From the human T2T-CHM13v2.0 reference genome, Homo sapiens, in the NCBI RefSeq assembly GCF_009914755.1, contig NC_060935.1: DNA of 64,000 bases. One strand, written 5' to 3'. Positions 40,259-52,212 of the stretch are shown here, piece after piece (positions within the stretch are counted from its first letter, which is position 1; each line of letters begins with the position of its first letter). Position numbers and translations under genes: made by a program. Below the pieces are notes generated by a model. It saw only the letters and a list, made by a program, of their open reading frames with translations, was not told where the DNA came from and did not search any database.

Positions 40259-40628
40259 GAAATGCAACATGGCACTGACTTTGGAAGGTATACTATCATG
40301 GGCAGCACATAGAAAGTAGTGTGAGGTGAGGCAGATTCACGTTTGTTCATTTGGATGCTTCCTTTAGAATTGACAAGCCCAAATGGATAAATTTATCTTG
40401 GTCTTTTTTGCTGTTAGATCTCCTGTACTTAGAAGATATGCTGGGAAATGCAATATGGCACCTACCCTTGGAAGGTCTAACACGGTGGGCAGCACATAGA
40501 AAGCAGTGTGAGGTGAGGTGCATCCACTGCTCAATTGGCTGCTTCCATTTGAATTGACAAGCTCAAGTGAGCAAAATCCTCTTGGTCCTTTACACTGCTA
40601 CATCTCCTGTACTTAGAACATATGCTGG
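40259..40628. repeat. Two-copy tandem duplication, unit about 186 bp
   Basis: GAAATGCAA(C/T)ATGGCAC ... TGGGCAGCACATAGAAAG ... ATCTCCTGTACTTAGAA(G/C)ATATGCTGG at 40259-40444 and 40445-40628. Confidence 0.92.
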
Positions 40629-40682
40629 CAGAAGGGAGTTCTCAATATGGAAAATTTAATGAAATAAAGTTTAAAAAACTTA

Positions 40683-40918
40683 TTATAATTTCAGCATTAC
40701 AAGTGTGAGTTTGTTACATAGGTAAACCTGTGCCATGGAGGTTTGTTGTACAGATTATTTCATCACCCAGGTATTAAGCCTAGTACCCATTAGTTATTTT
40801 TCCTTATCTTCTTTCTCTTCTCACCTTTCACCCTTCAAAAGGCACCAGTGTGTGTTGTTCACCTATATGCAACCATGCATTCTCACATATAAATGGGAGC
40901 TAAATGATGAGAACATAC
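40683..40918 (-). mobile_element. Short L1PA (about PA13) 3' stub with inverted 5' segment
   Basis: Minus-strand 3' UTR to about 40877, then sense-strand TTCTCACATATAAATGGGAGCTAAATGATGAGAACA. Candidate TSD AAACTTA. Confidence 0.82.
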
Positions 40919-41218
40919 AAACTTAAGTTTTGAATTATACAGTTTCCTATTGGAGGAAATACACCTGTCATATGAGTAATCACTCCACCTGGCTTATTAC
41001 CTTCTCTTGATAAAACAACAGTTTCCATTCAGTATTTTAATGCAGATGCACTCTTTCTTTGCTGCTTGACCAACAAATTTTTTTTTCCAAAATTATAAGT
41101 AAATATCTATCTAATTAAATCCAGGAAACAACTCTGCTAGGTAGCATGGGGATGCAAGAATGAGCAGAAATGCACGGTCCCTATTCTCAATGAACTTATA
41201 ACAATATTGAAAATAATC

Positions 41219-41642
41219 TTTACTGGGTAGAATAATGCCCTCCAAATATTCATACCTACCTAGAAACTTGGAATGTGACATTGTTTGAAAATACGGTCTG
41301 TGCAGATGTAACTAGTAAAGACGAGGTCATGCCGGAATTGGCTAGGCCATCATCCAGTGACTGACATCCTTAAAAGAAGACACAACAGAGATACAGATAC
41401 ACACACACAGAGAAGGAAGACAGCCATTTGAAGACAGAGTCAGAGATTGGAATCATGCTGCCAGAAACTATGGCATTTCAAGGATTTCTAGCAACCACCA
41501 GAAATGAGAGAGAGAGAGAGAGAGAGTGAGCCTGCTTCTGCTTACATTTTGATTTTAGACCTAAGAGACAATACATATCTGTTGTTTTCAGCCATCCAAA
41601 TTTGTGATAATTTCTTATGACAACCCTAGGCAACTAATATAT
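41219..41642 (+). mobile_element. MLT1B/C-like MaLR LTR containing a (GA)n tract
   Basis: GAATGTGACATTGTTTGAAAATACGGTCTGTGCAGATGTAA ... GCAACCACCAGAA ... CCCTAGGCAACTAATATA. Confidence 0.8.
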
Positions 41643-41809
41643 AATGATTGCATTAGTTTAAAAGAGAACACATTTCTAGACATAAGGAATCAATGAAGTG
41701 AATAAATTTTTGGCAAACAGCATCTGTACTGTGTGTCAGAGTCTTCTTAACCATCCTGCAAAGTAAGCATTATTTTCCCATTTAGCATGAGAGAAAACTA
41801 TACCTTTAT

Positions 41810-42590
41810 TATTTATTAAGAAACTAGTATTACCAGACATTGTTCTCTGTGATAGGGATGTAATAGTAAACAAAACAAATTAGAACCTTGCCCTAGTTGA
41901 GCTAAAAATCTAGTTTCAAAATGTAGCTGGGTGAGGGAGACACATAATCATTATATCAATTTTATAAAATAAATAAGACACATTCATTTAGTTACTAAGG
42001 GCTAAGAGGCAAATAAAGTATATAAGAATGATGGAGAGTTTGTTATAGGTCCCAGAGAAGGCACTATAGATAGAAGAGTCAGGATAGCCCCTCTGAGGTT
42101 GAACTTTGAAGGATGAGAGAGAGCTGGCATATTGAAGAACTAGACATGAGTGTTTCAAATAGAGGGGGCAGCTAGTGGAAAGGCCCTGAAGAGAGCATAA
42201 CATTGATATGCTTTATAAAGAGGAAAATGGATAGGGAGGCTGTAGCGAAGTAAATTAAAGAAGAGCAATATCCAATAAGGCCATAGAGTCAGCAAGAAAG
42301 CAGCTTTATAAGCCAAGGTAAGGAGCTTTTACAAAAAATGTTATTAATGACCAGTCTAGATCTTTAGAGCAGAGAAATAGCATGACCAGAGTTGCATTAC
42401 AGAAGATTGTTCTGGCTGCCATGTAGAGAAAGTATCAATCAGATCATAGTAAGTGGTGGAAGATATGCTGCTGCCTTGGACAAAGGTCATGACTGTGGAG
42501 ATTGGGTGTGGTTTGGAGGTAGAATTGGCAGGTCTTTGTGATCAGGAGGTGGGTAGTAAGGAAAGGGGACAGCAAAGATGACAAGATCCC
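41810..42590 (-). mobile_element. L2 fragment
   Basis: ATTTATTAAG ... CCAGACATTGTTCT ... GTAAACAAAACA ... GGAAAGGCCCTG ... TTTGGAGGTAGAATTGGCAGG. Confidence 0.7.
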
Positions 42591-43145
42591 AGTTAAAGTT
42601 GAAAACAATTCTGTGGTTTATACTCCATTGTATCTGGTTATAAACTTTAGGAATGCTCTAGACACACACAAAAAAGTGATTCTTAATTTTTAATTGCTTG
42701 AAACACTTACAACTAATTATTTATTTACCAATTCACCCAGATAGGTACCACTTTGTAATGTAGTTGCAGTTATGCATATGGTGCCATAGTTTAGTATTGA
42801 ATGACAACACTAGTCTTTCCTATATGAGGTTAATCTCTTATTTATTCAAACTCCATTATAATGGCTTAGTTTAAAACACCTCTTCCTTATTAAGCATTCT
42901 CTGCATTCCTGTATATCATCAGTTCTGGTACAACATGTGTCTTTCAGATGTAAAGTAGCCCATTTGTGTTTGACAAATAGGAAATAATGACAGCATAAGA
43001 AAAATAGTGTTGGTTCATAAATGATTTTTTCCTGGAATACTCATATTTTGCAGAGTACACTGGAACAGCTGAACATAGCAAGCCATAGAGAAATATAGTA
43101 CTATAGAGGTGCCTAATTATTCTTCATGCTTTCTCTTCACTTAGG

Positions 43146-43200
43146 GATATGGTTTGGCTCTGTGTCCCCAGCCAAAACTCTTGTCAAATTGTGACCCACC
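43146..43200 (+). mobile_element. MSTA/B LTR, 5' part (continues at 51051)
   Basis: GATATGGTTTGGCTCTGTGTCCCCAGCCAAAACTCTTGTCAAATTGTGA. Confidence 0.85.
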
Positions 43201-44536
43201 AGGGGCCAAGATGGCTGAATAGAAACAGCTCTGTTCTGCAGCTCCAAGCGAGACCAATGCAGAAGGCGGGTGATTTCTGCATTTCCAACTGGGGTACCCA
43301 GTGGATCTCACTGAGACTAGTTAGGCAATGGGTGTAACCCACAGAGGGAGCAGAAGCAGGGTGGGGCATTGCTTCACGTGGGAAGTGCACGGAGTCGGGG
43401 GACCTCCCTTCCCCAACCAACGAAGCCCTGAGGGACTGTTTTACCTGCCAGAGGTGCTACATTTTTTCTCAGGGATTTTCGCAGTCCGCGGATCAGAAGA
43501 TTCCCTTGTGAGCCTACACCACCAGGGTTCCAGGTTTCAAGCACAAAACTGGGTGGCTGTTCAGGCAGGCACTGAGCTGCACGAGTTTTTTCACACTACA
43601 GCGGCGCCTGGTACTCCAGTGAGACAGGAGAACGGTAGACTCCCCCGGAAAGGGGGCTGAGCCAGGGAGCCGAGCCAGGGAGCCAAGTGGTCTTGTTCAG
43701 TGGATCCCACTCCCATGGAGCCCAGAAAGCTAGGAACCACTGGCTTGCAATTCCCACTGTCAGTGCAGCAGTCTGGAGTCCACCCGGGAACAGGTTTGGT
43801 GAGGGAGGGGAGACCGCCATTACTGTGGCTTTTGTAGGTGGTTTTCCCCTGACAGCTAAGGAAACTGGGAGGTTTGGACTGGGCAGAATTCACCCCAGTG
43901 CAGCAAAGCGACTATGGCCAGACTGCTTCTCTAGATTCCTCCTCACTGGGTGAGGCATCTCTGCAGGAAATCCAGCAGCTCCAGTCAGGGGCTTACAGAA
44001 AGAACTCTCAACTCCCTGGGACAGAGAACCTATGGGGAGGGGCCGGTGCAGACTCAGGTTCAGTGAACTTAATCTTTCCTGCCCACGGGCTCTGAAGAGA
44101 GTGGCTGATCCTGACAAGGGGCATTCTCCCAGCATAGCACACCAGCTCTGCTAAGGGACATACTGCCTCCTCAAGTGGGTCCCTGACCCCATGCCTCCTG
44201 ACAAGGAGAGGCCTCCCAACAGGGGTCTACGGACAGCTCATACAGGAGAGCTTTGGCTGGCAACAGGCCAGTATCCCTCTGGGATGAAGCTTCCGGAGGA
44301 AAGAGCAGGTAGCAATCTTTGCTGTTCTACAGCCTCCACCTGTAATACCCAGGCGAACAGGGTCTGGAGTGGACCCCCAGCAAACTGCAGCAGACGTGCC
44401 GAAGAGGGGCCTGTTAGAAGAAAAACTAACACAGAGACGCAGAAATAACAACAACATCAACAAAAAAGCTTCCTCCACAAAAACCCCATCCAAAGGTCAT
44501 CAGCCTCAAAGATCAAAGTTGGATAAATCCACAAAG

Positions 44537-45610
44537 ATGAGGAAAAAACAATGCAAAAATGCTGAAAATTCCAAAAGCCAGAATGCCTTTTCTCTCCTCC
44601 AAATGATCACAACACTTCTCCAGCAAGAGCACAGAACTGGATGGAGAATAAGATGGACAAATTGACAGAAATAGGCTTCAGAAGGTGGGTAATAACAAGC
44701 TCCACTGAATTAAAGAAGCATGTTCTAACCCAATGCAAAGAAGCTAAGAACATTGATAAAAGGTTACAGGAACTGCTAACTACAATAAGCAGTTTAGAGA
44801 GGAACATAAATGACCTGATGGAGTGAAAAACACAGCATGAGAACTTTGTGGATCATACACAAGTATCAATAGCCGAATTAATCAAGTGGAAGAAAGGATA
44901 TCAGAGTCTGAAGACCATCTTTCTTAAATAAGGCATGCAGACCAGATTAGAGAAAAAAGAATGAAAAAGAATGGACAAAACCTCCAAGAAATATGGGATT
45001 ATGTAAAAAGACCGAACCTGTGATTAATTGGAGTACCTGCAAGAGATGGGGAGAATGGAACCAAGTTGAAAAACACACTTGAGGATATTATCGAGGAGAA
45101 CTTCCCCAACCTAGCAAGACAGGCCAACATGCAAATTCAGGAAATACAGACACCACTAAGATACTCCACAAGAAGATCAACCCAAAGACACATAATCATG
45201 AGATTCTTCAAGGTTGAAATGAAGGAAAAAATGTTAATGGCAGCCAGAGAGAAGGGCCAGGTCACCGACAAAGGGAAGCCCATCAGGCTAACAGTGGATT
45301 TCTCAGCAGAAACCCTACATGCCAGAAGAGAGTGGGGGCCAATATTCAACATTCTTAAAGAAAAGAATTTCCAACCCAGAATTTCATATCCAGCCAAACT
45401 AAGTTTCATAAGTGAAAGAGAAATAAAATCCTTTCCAGACAAGCAAATGCTGAGGGAATTCATCACTACCAGGCCTTCCTTGCAAGAGCTCCTGAAGCAA
45501 GCACTAAAAATATGGAAAGAAAAAACTGATACCAGCCACTGCAAAAACACACCAAAATATGAAAACCAATGACATGATGAAGAAGCTGCATCAACTAGTG
45601 TGCAAAATAA
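44537..45610 (+). pseudogene. L1 ORF1p, disrupted
   Basis: MRKKQCKNAENSKSQNA start. The 45066-45572 frame has ENFPNLARQANMQIQEIQ...REWGPIFNILKEKNFQPRISYPAKLSF. Frameshifts and stops present. Confidence 0.92.
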
Positions 45611-45625
45611 CCAACTAGCATCATG

Positions 45626-48600
45626 ATGACAGGATCAAATTCACACATAACAATATTAACAGTAAATGTAAATGGTTTTAACGGCCCAATTAAAAGACAG
45701 AGACTGGCAAATTGAATAAAGAGTCAAGACCCATCAATGTGCGGTATTCAGGAGAGCCATCTCATGCACAAAGATACACATGGGCTCAAAAATAAAGGGA
45801 TGGAGGAAAATTTACCAAGTAAATGGAAAGCAGAAAAAAGCAGGGGTTGCAATCCTAGCCTCTGATGAAATAGACTTTAAACTAACAAACATCAAAAAGA
45901 CAAAGAAGGGTATAATGTAATGGTAAAGGAATCAATTCAACAAGAAGAGCTAACTATCCTAAATATATATGCACTCAATACAGGAGCACCCAGATTCATA
46001 AAGCAAGTTCTTAGAGACCTACAAAGAGACTTAGACTCCCACACAATAACAGTAGAAGACTTTAACACCCGACTGTCAATATTAGACAGCTTGAGACCAA
46101 TAATTAACAAGGATATTCAAGACTTGAACTCAGCCCTGGATCAAGTGGACCTAATAGACATCTACAGAACTCTCCACCCCAAATGAACAGAATATACATG
46201 CTTTTCAGTGCCGCATGGCACTTATTCTACAACTGACCACATAATTGGAAGTAAAACACTCCTCAGCAAATGCAAAAGAATTAATAACAGTCTCTCAGAC
46301 CACAGTGCAACGAAAATCAAACTCAGGATTAAGAAACTCACTTAAAACCACACAACTACGTGGAAATTGAACAACTTGCTCCTGAATGACTTGGGGGTAA
46401 ATAAGGAAATTAAGGCAGAAATCAAGAAGTTCTTTGAAACCAATGAGAACAGAGAGACAACGTACTAGAATCTCTGGCACACAGCTAAAGCAGTTTTAAG
46501 AGGGATATCTATATATCACTAAATGGCCACATCAGAAAGCTAGAAAGATCTCCAACTGACACCCTAACATCACAATTAAAAGAACTAAAGAAGCAAGAGC
46601 AAACAAATCCAAAAGCTAGCAGAAAATGAGAAATAAATAAGATCAGAACAGAACTGAAGGAGAAAGAGATATGAAAAACCCTTCAAAACATCAATGAGGC
46701 CAGGTGTGGTGGCTCACGCCTGTAGTCCCAGCATTTTGGGAGGCCGAGGCAGGCAGATCACCCGAGGTCAGGAGTTCAAGACCAGCCTGGCCAACGTGGT
46801 GAAACCCTGTGTCTATTAAAAATACAAAAATTAGCTGGGCATGGTGGCAAGTTCCTATAATTCCAGCTATTCAGGAGGCTGAGGCAGGAGAATCACTTGA
46901 ACCGGGGAGGTGGAGGTTGCGGTGAGCTGAGCGTGCCACCGCACTCTAGCTTGGGCAACAGAGTGGGACTCCGTCCCCTCCCCCCCACAAAAAAAAATAA
47001 ATAAATAAAATAAATGAATCCAGGAGCTGTTTTTTGAAAAAATTAACAAAATATATCACTAACTAGACTAATAAAGAAGAGAAAAGAATCAAATAGACAC
47101 AATAAAAAATGATAAACAGGATATCACCACTGACCCCACAGAAATACAAACTACTATCAGAGAATACTATAAACACCTCTACTCAAGCAAACTAGAAAAT
47201 CTAAAAGAAATGGATAAATTCCTAGACACATACACCCTCGCATACTTATTCCCCCAAAACACCTTCATAAACATACTTATTCCCAGGAATAAGTCAAATC
47301 CCTGAATAGACCAATAACAAGTTTTGAAATTGAGGCAGTAATTATTAACCTACCAACCAACAACCAAAAAACAAACAAAAAAAATGCCCAGAACCAGATG
47401 GATTAACGGCCGAATTCTACCAAAAGAACAAAGAGGAGCTGGTACCATTCCTTCTGAAACTATTTGAAACAACTGAAAAAGAGGGACTCCTCCCTAACTC
47501 ATTATATGAGGCCAGCATAATTCTGAGACCAAAACCTGGAAAAGATACATCAAAAAAAGAAAACTCAGGCCAATATTCCTGATAATATCAATGCAAAAAT
47601 CCTCAGTAAAATACTGGCAAACCGAATCCAGCAGCACATTAAAAGGCTTAAACCACCATGATGAAGTTGGCTTTATCCCTGGGATGCAAGGCTGATTCAA
47701 CATTCGCAAATCAATAAATGTAATCCACCACATAAACAGAACCAATGACAAAAAACACTTGATTATTCTAATAGAGACAGAAAAGGCCTTCAATAAAATT
47801 CAACATCCTTTCATGTTAAAAACTCTCAATAAACTAGGTATTGATGGAACATATCTCCAAATAATACAAGCTATTTATGACAAACCCATAGCCATTATCA
47901 TGTGGAATGGGCAAAAGCTGGAACCATTTCCTTTGAAAACCAGCACAAGACAAGGATGCCCTCTCTTACCACTCCTATTCAATTTAGTATTGGAAGTTCT
48001 GGCCAGGGCAATCAGGCAAGAGAGAAAAGTATAGTGTATTCAAATAGGAAGAAAGGAAGTCAAATTGTCTGTTTGCAGATGGCATGACTGTTTATTTAGA
48101 AAACCACATCACCTCAACACAAAAACTCTTCAACTGATAAGCAACTTCAACAAAGTCTCAGGATATGAAATCAATGTGCAAAAATCACAAGCATTCCTAC
48201 CTACCAACAATACACAAGCAGAGAGCCAAATCATGAATGAACCCCCATTCACAATTGCTACAAAGAAAATAAATACCTGGAAATACAGCTAACAAGGGAC
48301 ATGCAGGGCCTCTTCAAGGAGAACTACAAACCACTGCTCAAGGAAATAAGAGAGGACACAAACAAATGAAAAATCATTCCATCCTTATGGATAGGAAGAA
48401 TCAGTATCATGAAAATGGCCATCCTACCCAAAAGGATTTATAGATTCAATGCTATTTTCATTAAACTACCATTGACATTCTTCACAGAATTAGAAAAAAA
48501 TTACTTTAAATTTCATATGGAACCAGAAAAGAGCCTGTATAACCAAGACAATCCTAAATAAAAAGAACAAAACTGGAAGCATCATGTTACCTGACTTCAA

Positions 48601-49785
48601 ACTACACTAAAAGGCTATAGTAACCAAAACAGCATGGTACTGGTACAAAAACAAACATATAGACCAATGGAACAAAACAGGGACTTCAGAACTAACACCA
48701 CACATCTACAACCATCTGATATTTGACAAACCTGACAAAAACAAACAATGGGGAAAGGATTCCCTGTTTAATAAATGGTGCTGAGAAAACCGGCTAGCCA
48801 TATGCAGAAAACTGAAACTGGAGCCCTTTTTTACACCTTATACAAAATTATCTCAAGATGGATTAACAACTTAAATGCAAAACCCCAAATCATAAAAACC
48901 CTAGAAGAAAACTGAGGCTATACCATTCAGGACATAGGCATAGGCAAAGATTTCATCATGAAAACACCAAAAGCAATTGCAACAAAAGCCAAAATTAACA
49001 AATGGGATCAAATTAAACTAAAAAGCTTCTGCATAGCAAAAGAAACTATCACCAGAATGAAAAGGCAATCTACAGAATGGGAGAAAATTTTTGCAATCTA
49101 CCCATCCAACAAAGGTCTAATATCCAGAATCCACAAGGAACTTAAACAAATGTACAATAACAACAACAACAAACCATCAAAAAGTGGGTAAAGGATATGA
49201 ACAAAAACTTCTCAAAATAAGACATTTATGTGACCAAGAAACATGAAAAAAAGCTCAACATCACTGATCATTAGAGAAATGCACATCAAAACCATAATGA
49301 GATAACATTTCATGCCAATCAGAATGACAATTACTGAAAAGTCAAGAAACAAAAGATGCTAGTGAGGCTGTGGAGAAATAGAAACACTTCTACACTGTTG
49401 GTGGGAATGTAAATTAATTCAACCATTGTGGAATTCCTCAAGGATCTAGAACCAGAAATACCATTTGATCCAGCAACCCCATTACTAAGTATATACCCAA
49501 AGGAATATAAATCATTATATTATAAAGATACATGCACACGTATGCTTATTACAGCACTATTTACAATAACAAAGACATAGAAACAACCCAAATGCCCATC
49601 AATGTTAGACCAGATAAAGAAAATGTGGTCATATACACCATGGAATACTACACATCCATAAAAAGGAATGAGATCATGTCCTTTGCAGGGACTTGGATGA
49701 AGCTGGAAGCCATCATCCTCAGCAAACTAACAGAGTAACAGAAAACCAAATACCACATGTTCTCACTCATGTTAGAGTTGAACAA
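45626..49785 (+). pseudogene. L1 ORF2p (endonuclease/reverse transcriptase), disrupted
   Basis: ATGACAGGATCAAATTCACAC start. EN fragment SIQQEELTILNIYA, RT fragment [25 protein letters not shown]. Many stops and an Alu insertion. Confidence 0.92.
46698..47010 (+). mobile_element. AluSx/Sz inserted in L1 ORF2
   Basis: GGCCAGGTGTGGTGGCTCACGCC start, A-rich tail, TSD about AAAA(C)AT(C/A)AATGA. Confidence 0.93.
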
Positions 49786-50039
49786 TGAGAACACATGGAC
49801 ACAGGGAGGGGAACAACACACACCAGGGCCTATTAGGGGGTGGGATGCAAGGGTAGGGAAAGCATTAGGAAAAATACCTAATGGATACAGGGCTTAAAAT
49901 CTAGATGACAGGTTGATAGGTGCAGCAAACCACCATGGCCCATGTATACCTATGCTACAAACCTGCACATTCTGCACATGTGTCCCGGAACTTAAAGTAA
50001 AATAGAAAAAATAAATAAATAAAATAAAATGCCTAAAAA

Positions 50040-51045
50040 AGTTTAGAGCCCTTACAAATTATGCGAACTCTGCTCTTTCTCTGCTCTATAAAGGAAACAG
50101 CAAAGCCTAGATGAAAGCATGGTATACTGAATACTTTAATCCCACTGTTGAGGCCTACTGCTCAGAAAAAATGATTCTGGTTACCCAAGAGCTCTGATAA
50201 AGATATACAAGGAGATTAATGTTTTCATGCCTGCTAACAGTATTCATTCTTCAGCCCATGGGCCAAGAAACAATTTTGACTTTCACATCTTATTATTTAA
50301 GGAATACATTTTGAAAAGCTCTAGCTACCATAGATAGTACTTCCTGTGACGGATCTGGGCAAAGTAAATTGAAAACTTCCTGGAAAGGATTCTCTATTCT
50401 AGATACCATGATTCATGGAAGGTGTCAACATGGCAGTATTAACAGAAGTGTGGAAGAAGTTGATTCCAACCCTTATGAATGACTTTGAGGGTTTCAAGAC
50501 TTTAGTGGAGGAAGTCACTGCAGATGTGATAGAAATAGCAACAGAATGCAAATAAGAATTGCAGCCCGGAGATGTGACTGAATTGCTGCAATTTCATAAA
50601 AAAACTTGAATGGATGAGGAGTTGCTTCTTATAGATGAGTAAAGAAACTGGTTTTTTTGAATGGAATCTATTCCTGGTTAAGATGCTGGGAACATTGTTG
50701 GAATGGCAACAAAGGATTCAGAATATTACATAAACTTAGATAAAGCAGCAGCACAGTTGGGAGGATTTACTGCAATTTTGAAATTTGTGGATAAAATGCT
50801 GTCAAACAGCACTGCATGCTATAGAGAAATCTTTCTTGAAAGAAAAAATTAATCAATGTGGCAAACATCATTGTTCTCTTATTTTGATAATTCGCCACAG
50901 TCACCCCAACCCTCAGCAACCACCACCCTGATCAGTTAACAATCATAAGCATTGAGGGAAGACCCTCCACTGGCAAAAAGATTATGACTTGTTGAAGGCT
51001 CAGATAATCATTAGCAATTTTTAGTAATAAAGTATTTTAAAATTT
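50040..51045 (+). mobile_element. Internal Tigger1 fragment (3' half of transposase, no TIRs), probable L1 3' transduction
   Basis: Homologous to about 4395-5385 of this window. Lies between the L1 tail and a second short A-run plus TSD. Confidence 0.9.
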
Positions 51046-51050
51046 AAAAA

Positions 51051-51377
51051 AAATTGTGATCTCCATATGTTGAGCAGAGCTTGGTGAGAGATTTATTGAA
51101 TAATGGGGGTGGACTTCCCCCTTGCTATTCCTGTGACAGAGTTCTTATGAGATATGGTTGTTTAATAGTCTATAGCACTTCCCTTACCTCCTGTTGCCAT
51201 GTGAAGAGGTGCTTGTTTCCCTTCCCCTCTTCAGTCATGATTGTAAGTTTTCTGAGACCTCCGCAGCCATGCTTCCTGTACAGCCTGTGGAGCTGTAAGT
51301 CAATGAGACCTCATTTCTTTATAAATTGCCCAGTATCAGGTAGTTCTTTATAGCAATATGAGAAACGACTAATACAC
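51051..51377 (+). mobile_element. MSTA/B LTR, 3' part
   Basis: AAATTGTGATCTCCATATGTTG ... CAGGTAGTTCTTTATAGCAATATGAGAAACGACTAATACA. Confidence 0.9.
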
Positions 51378-51783
51378 TTAGTTTGGCCACATGATCTGGC
51401 TGGAAGACTGATTATGCAATTCTTCCTTACCCCTGTGCAATTTTCTTTGTTTCCATAACTCCACAGCCTCAATTTTTCTTTATATCCCATTCTATCAAAT
51501 AACACTCATCTTCCCAAATGATTAACATAAAGTCCTACATTTTCTGTAGCATTTATTAACTACAAAATCAAATATTTTAATTATTTCAGGAATTTTTTAT
51601 TGGGATTGCAAATGTTTTTGTTAAGTGTTCTGATTATAGATTTGTATAAGTTGGGAGTGATCTGCCCAATATTATGTTTTGTTCCTATAAACACTGCTAT
51701 ATTGAGTGCACAATCTGACAAAGATAAAATTTTTCTGGGAACCTGTGCATCACCTTTTAGCAGAAATACCTTTAACTTGCAGT

Positions 51784-52212
51784 TGTCATAGTCTGTTTTG
51801 TGTTACTATAAAGGAATACCTGAGGCTGGGTAATTTATGAAGAAAAACAGTTCATTTGGTTCAGAGTTATGGTGGCTGGAAGGTTCAAGATTGTGTATCT
51901 GGTGAGGGCCTCAGGATGCTCCCACTCACAGCAGAAGGAAAAGGGGAGCCAGTGCGTGCAGAGATCACATAATGAGAAAGGAAGCAAGAGGAGGGGGAAA
52001 GTGAGGGGTTTTTTTTAACAACTGGCTTTCTCTGGAACAAATAGAGCAAGAGCTCCTTTCCTCCCAGGGGGAGCATCTATTTATGGGAGATCTACCCCGG
52101 TGATGATTGAAACACCTCTCCCCAGGCCCCACCTTCAAAGACCACCACACTGGGGATTAAATTTCAACATGTGATTTGGTGGGGACAAACAAACCATATC
52201 CAAACCATAGCA
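51784..52212 (-). mobile_element. MSTB-like solo LTR
   Basis: TGTCATAGTCTGTTTTGTGTTACTATAAAGGAATACCTGAG ... CAAACCATAGCA. TSD GCAGT/GTAGT. Confidence 0.9.

Larger units (their letters stand above)
43201..50030 (+). mobile_element. Full-length L1PA7/L1PA8-type LINE-1, inactive
   Basis: GGCCAAGATGGCTGAATAG 5' end, about 1.3-kb 5' UTR, ORF1, ORF2, PA8-type 3' UTR (GCATTAGGAAAAATACCTAAT...GAACTTAAAGTAAAAT) and A-rich tail. Confidence 0.96.

Noticed and set aside
50040-51045. Local duplication of the Tigger1 at 3301-5545
   Set aside because: Each copy has sequence the other lacks and they are substantially diverged, so they are independent copies.
52058-52078. CTCF-like CTCCCAGGGGGAGC (also a weak match near 16720-16735)
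   Set aside because: Partial motif matches are expected by chance in 64 kb and cannot be supported without ChIP data.
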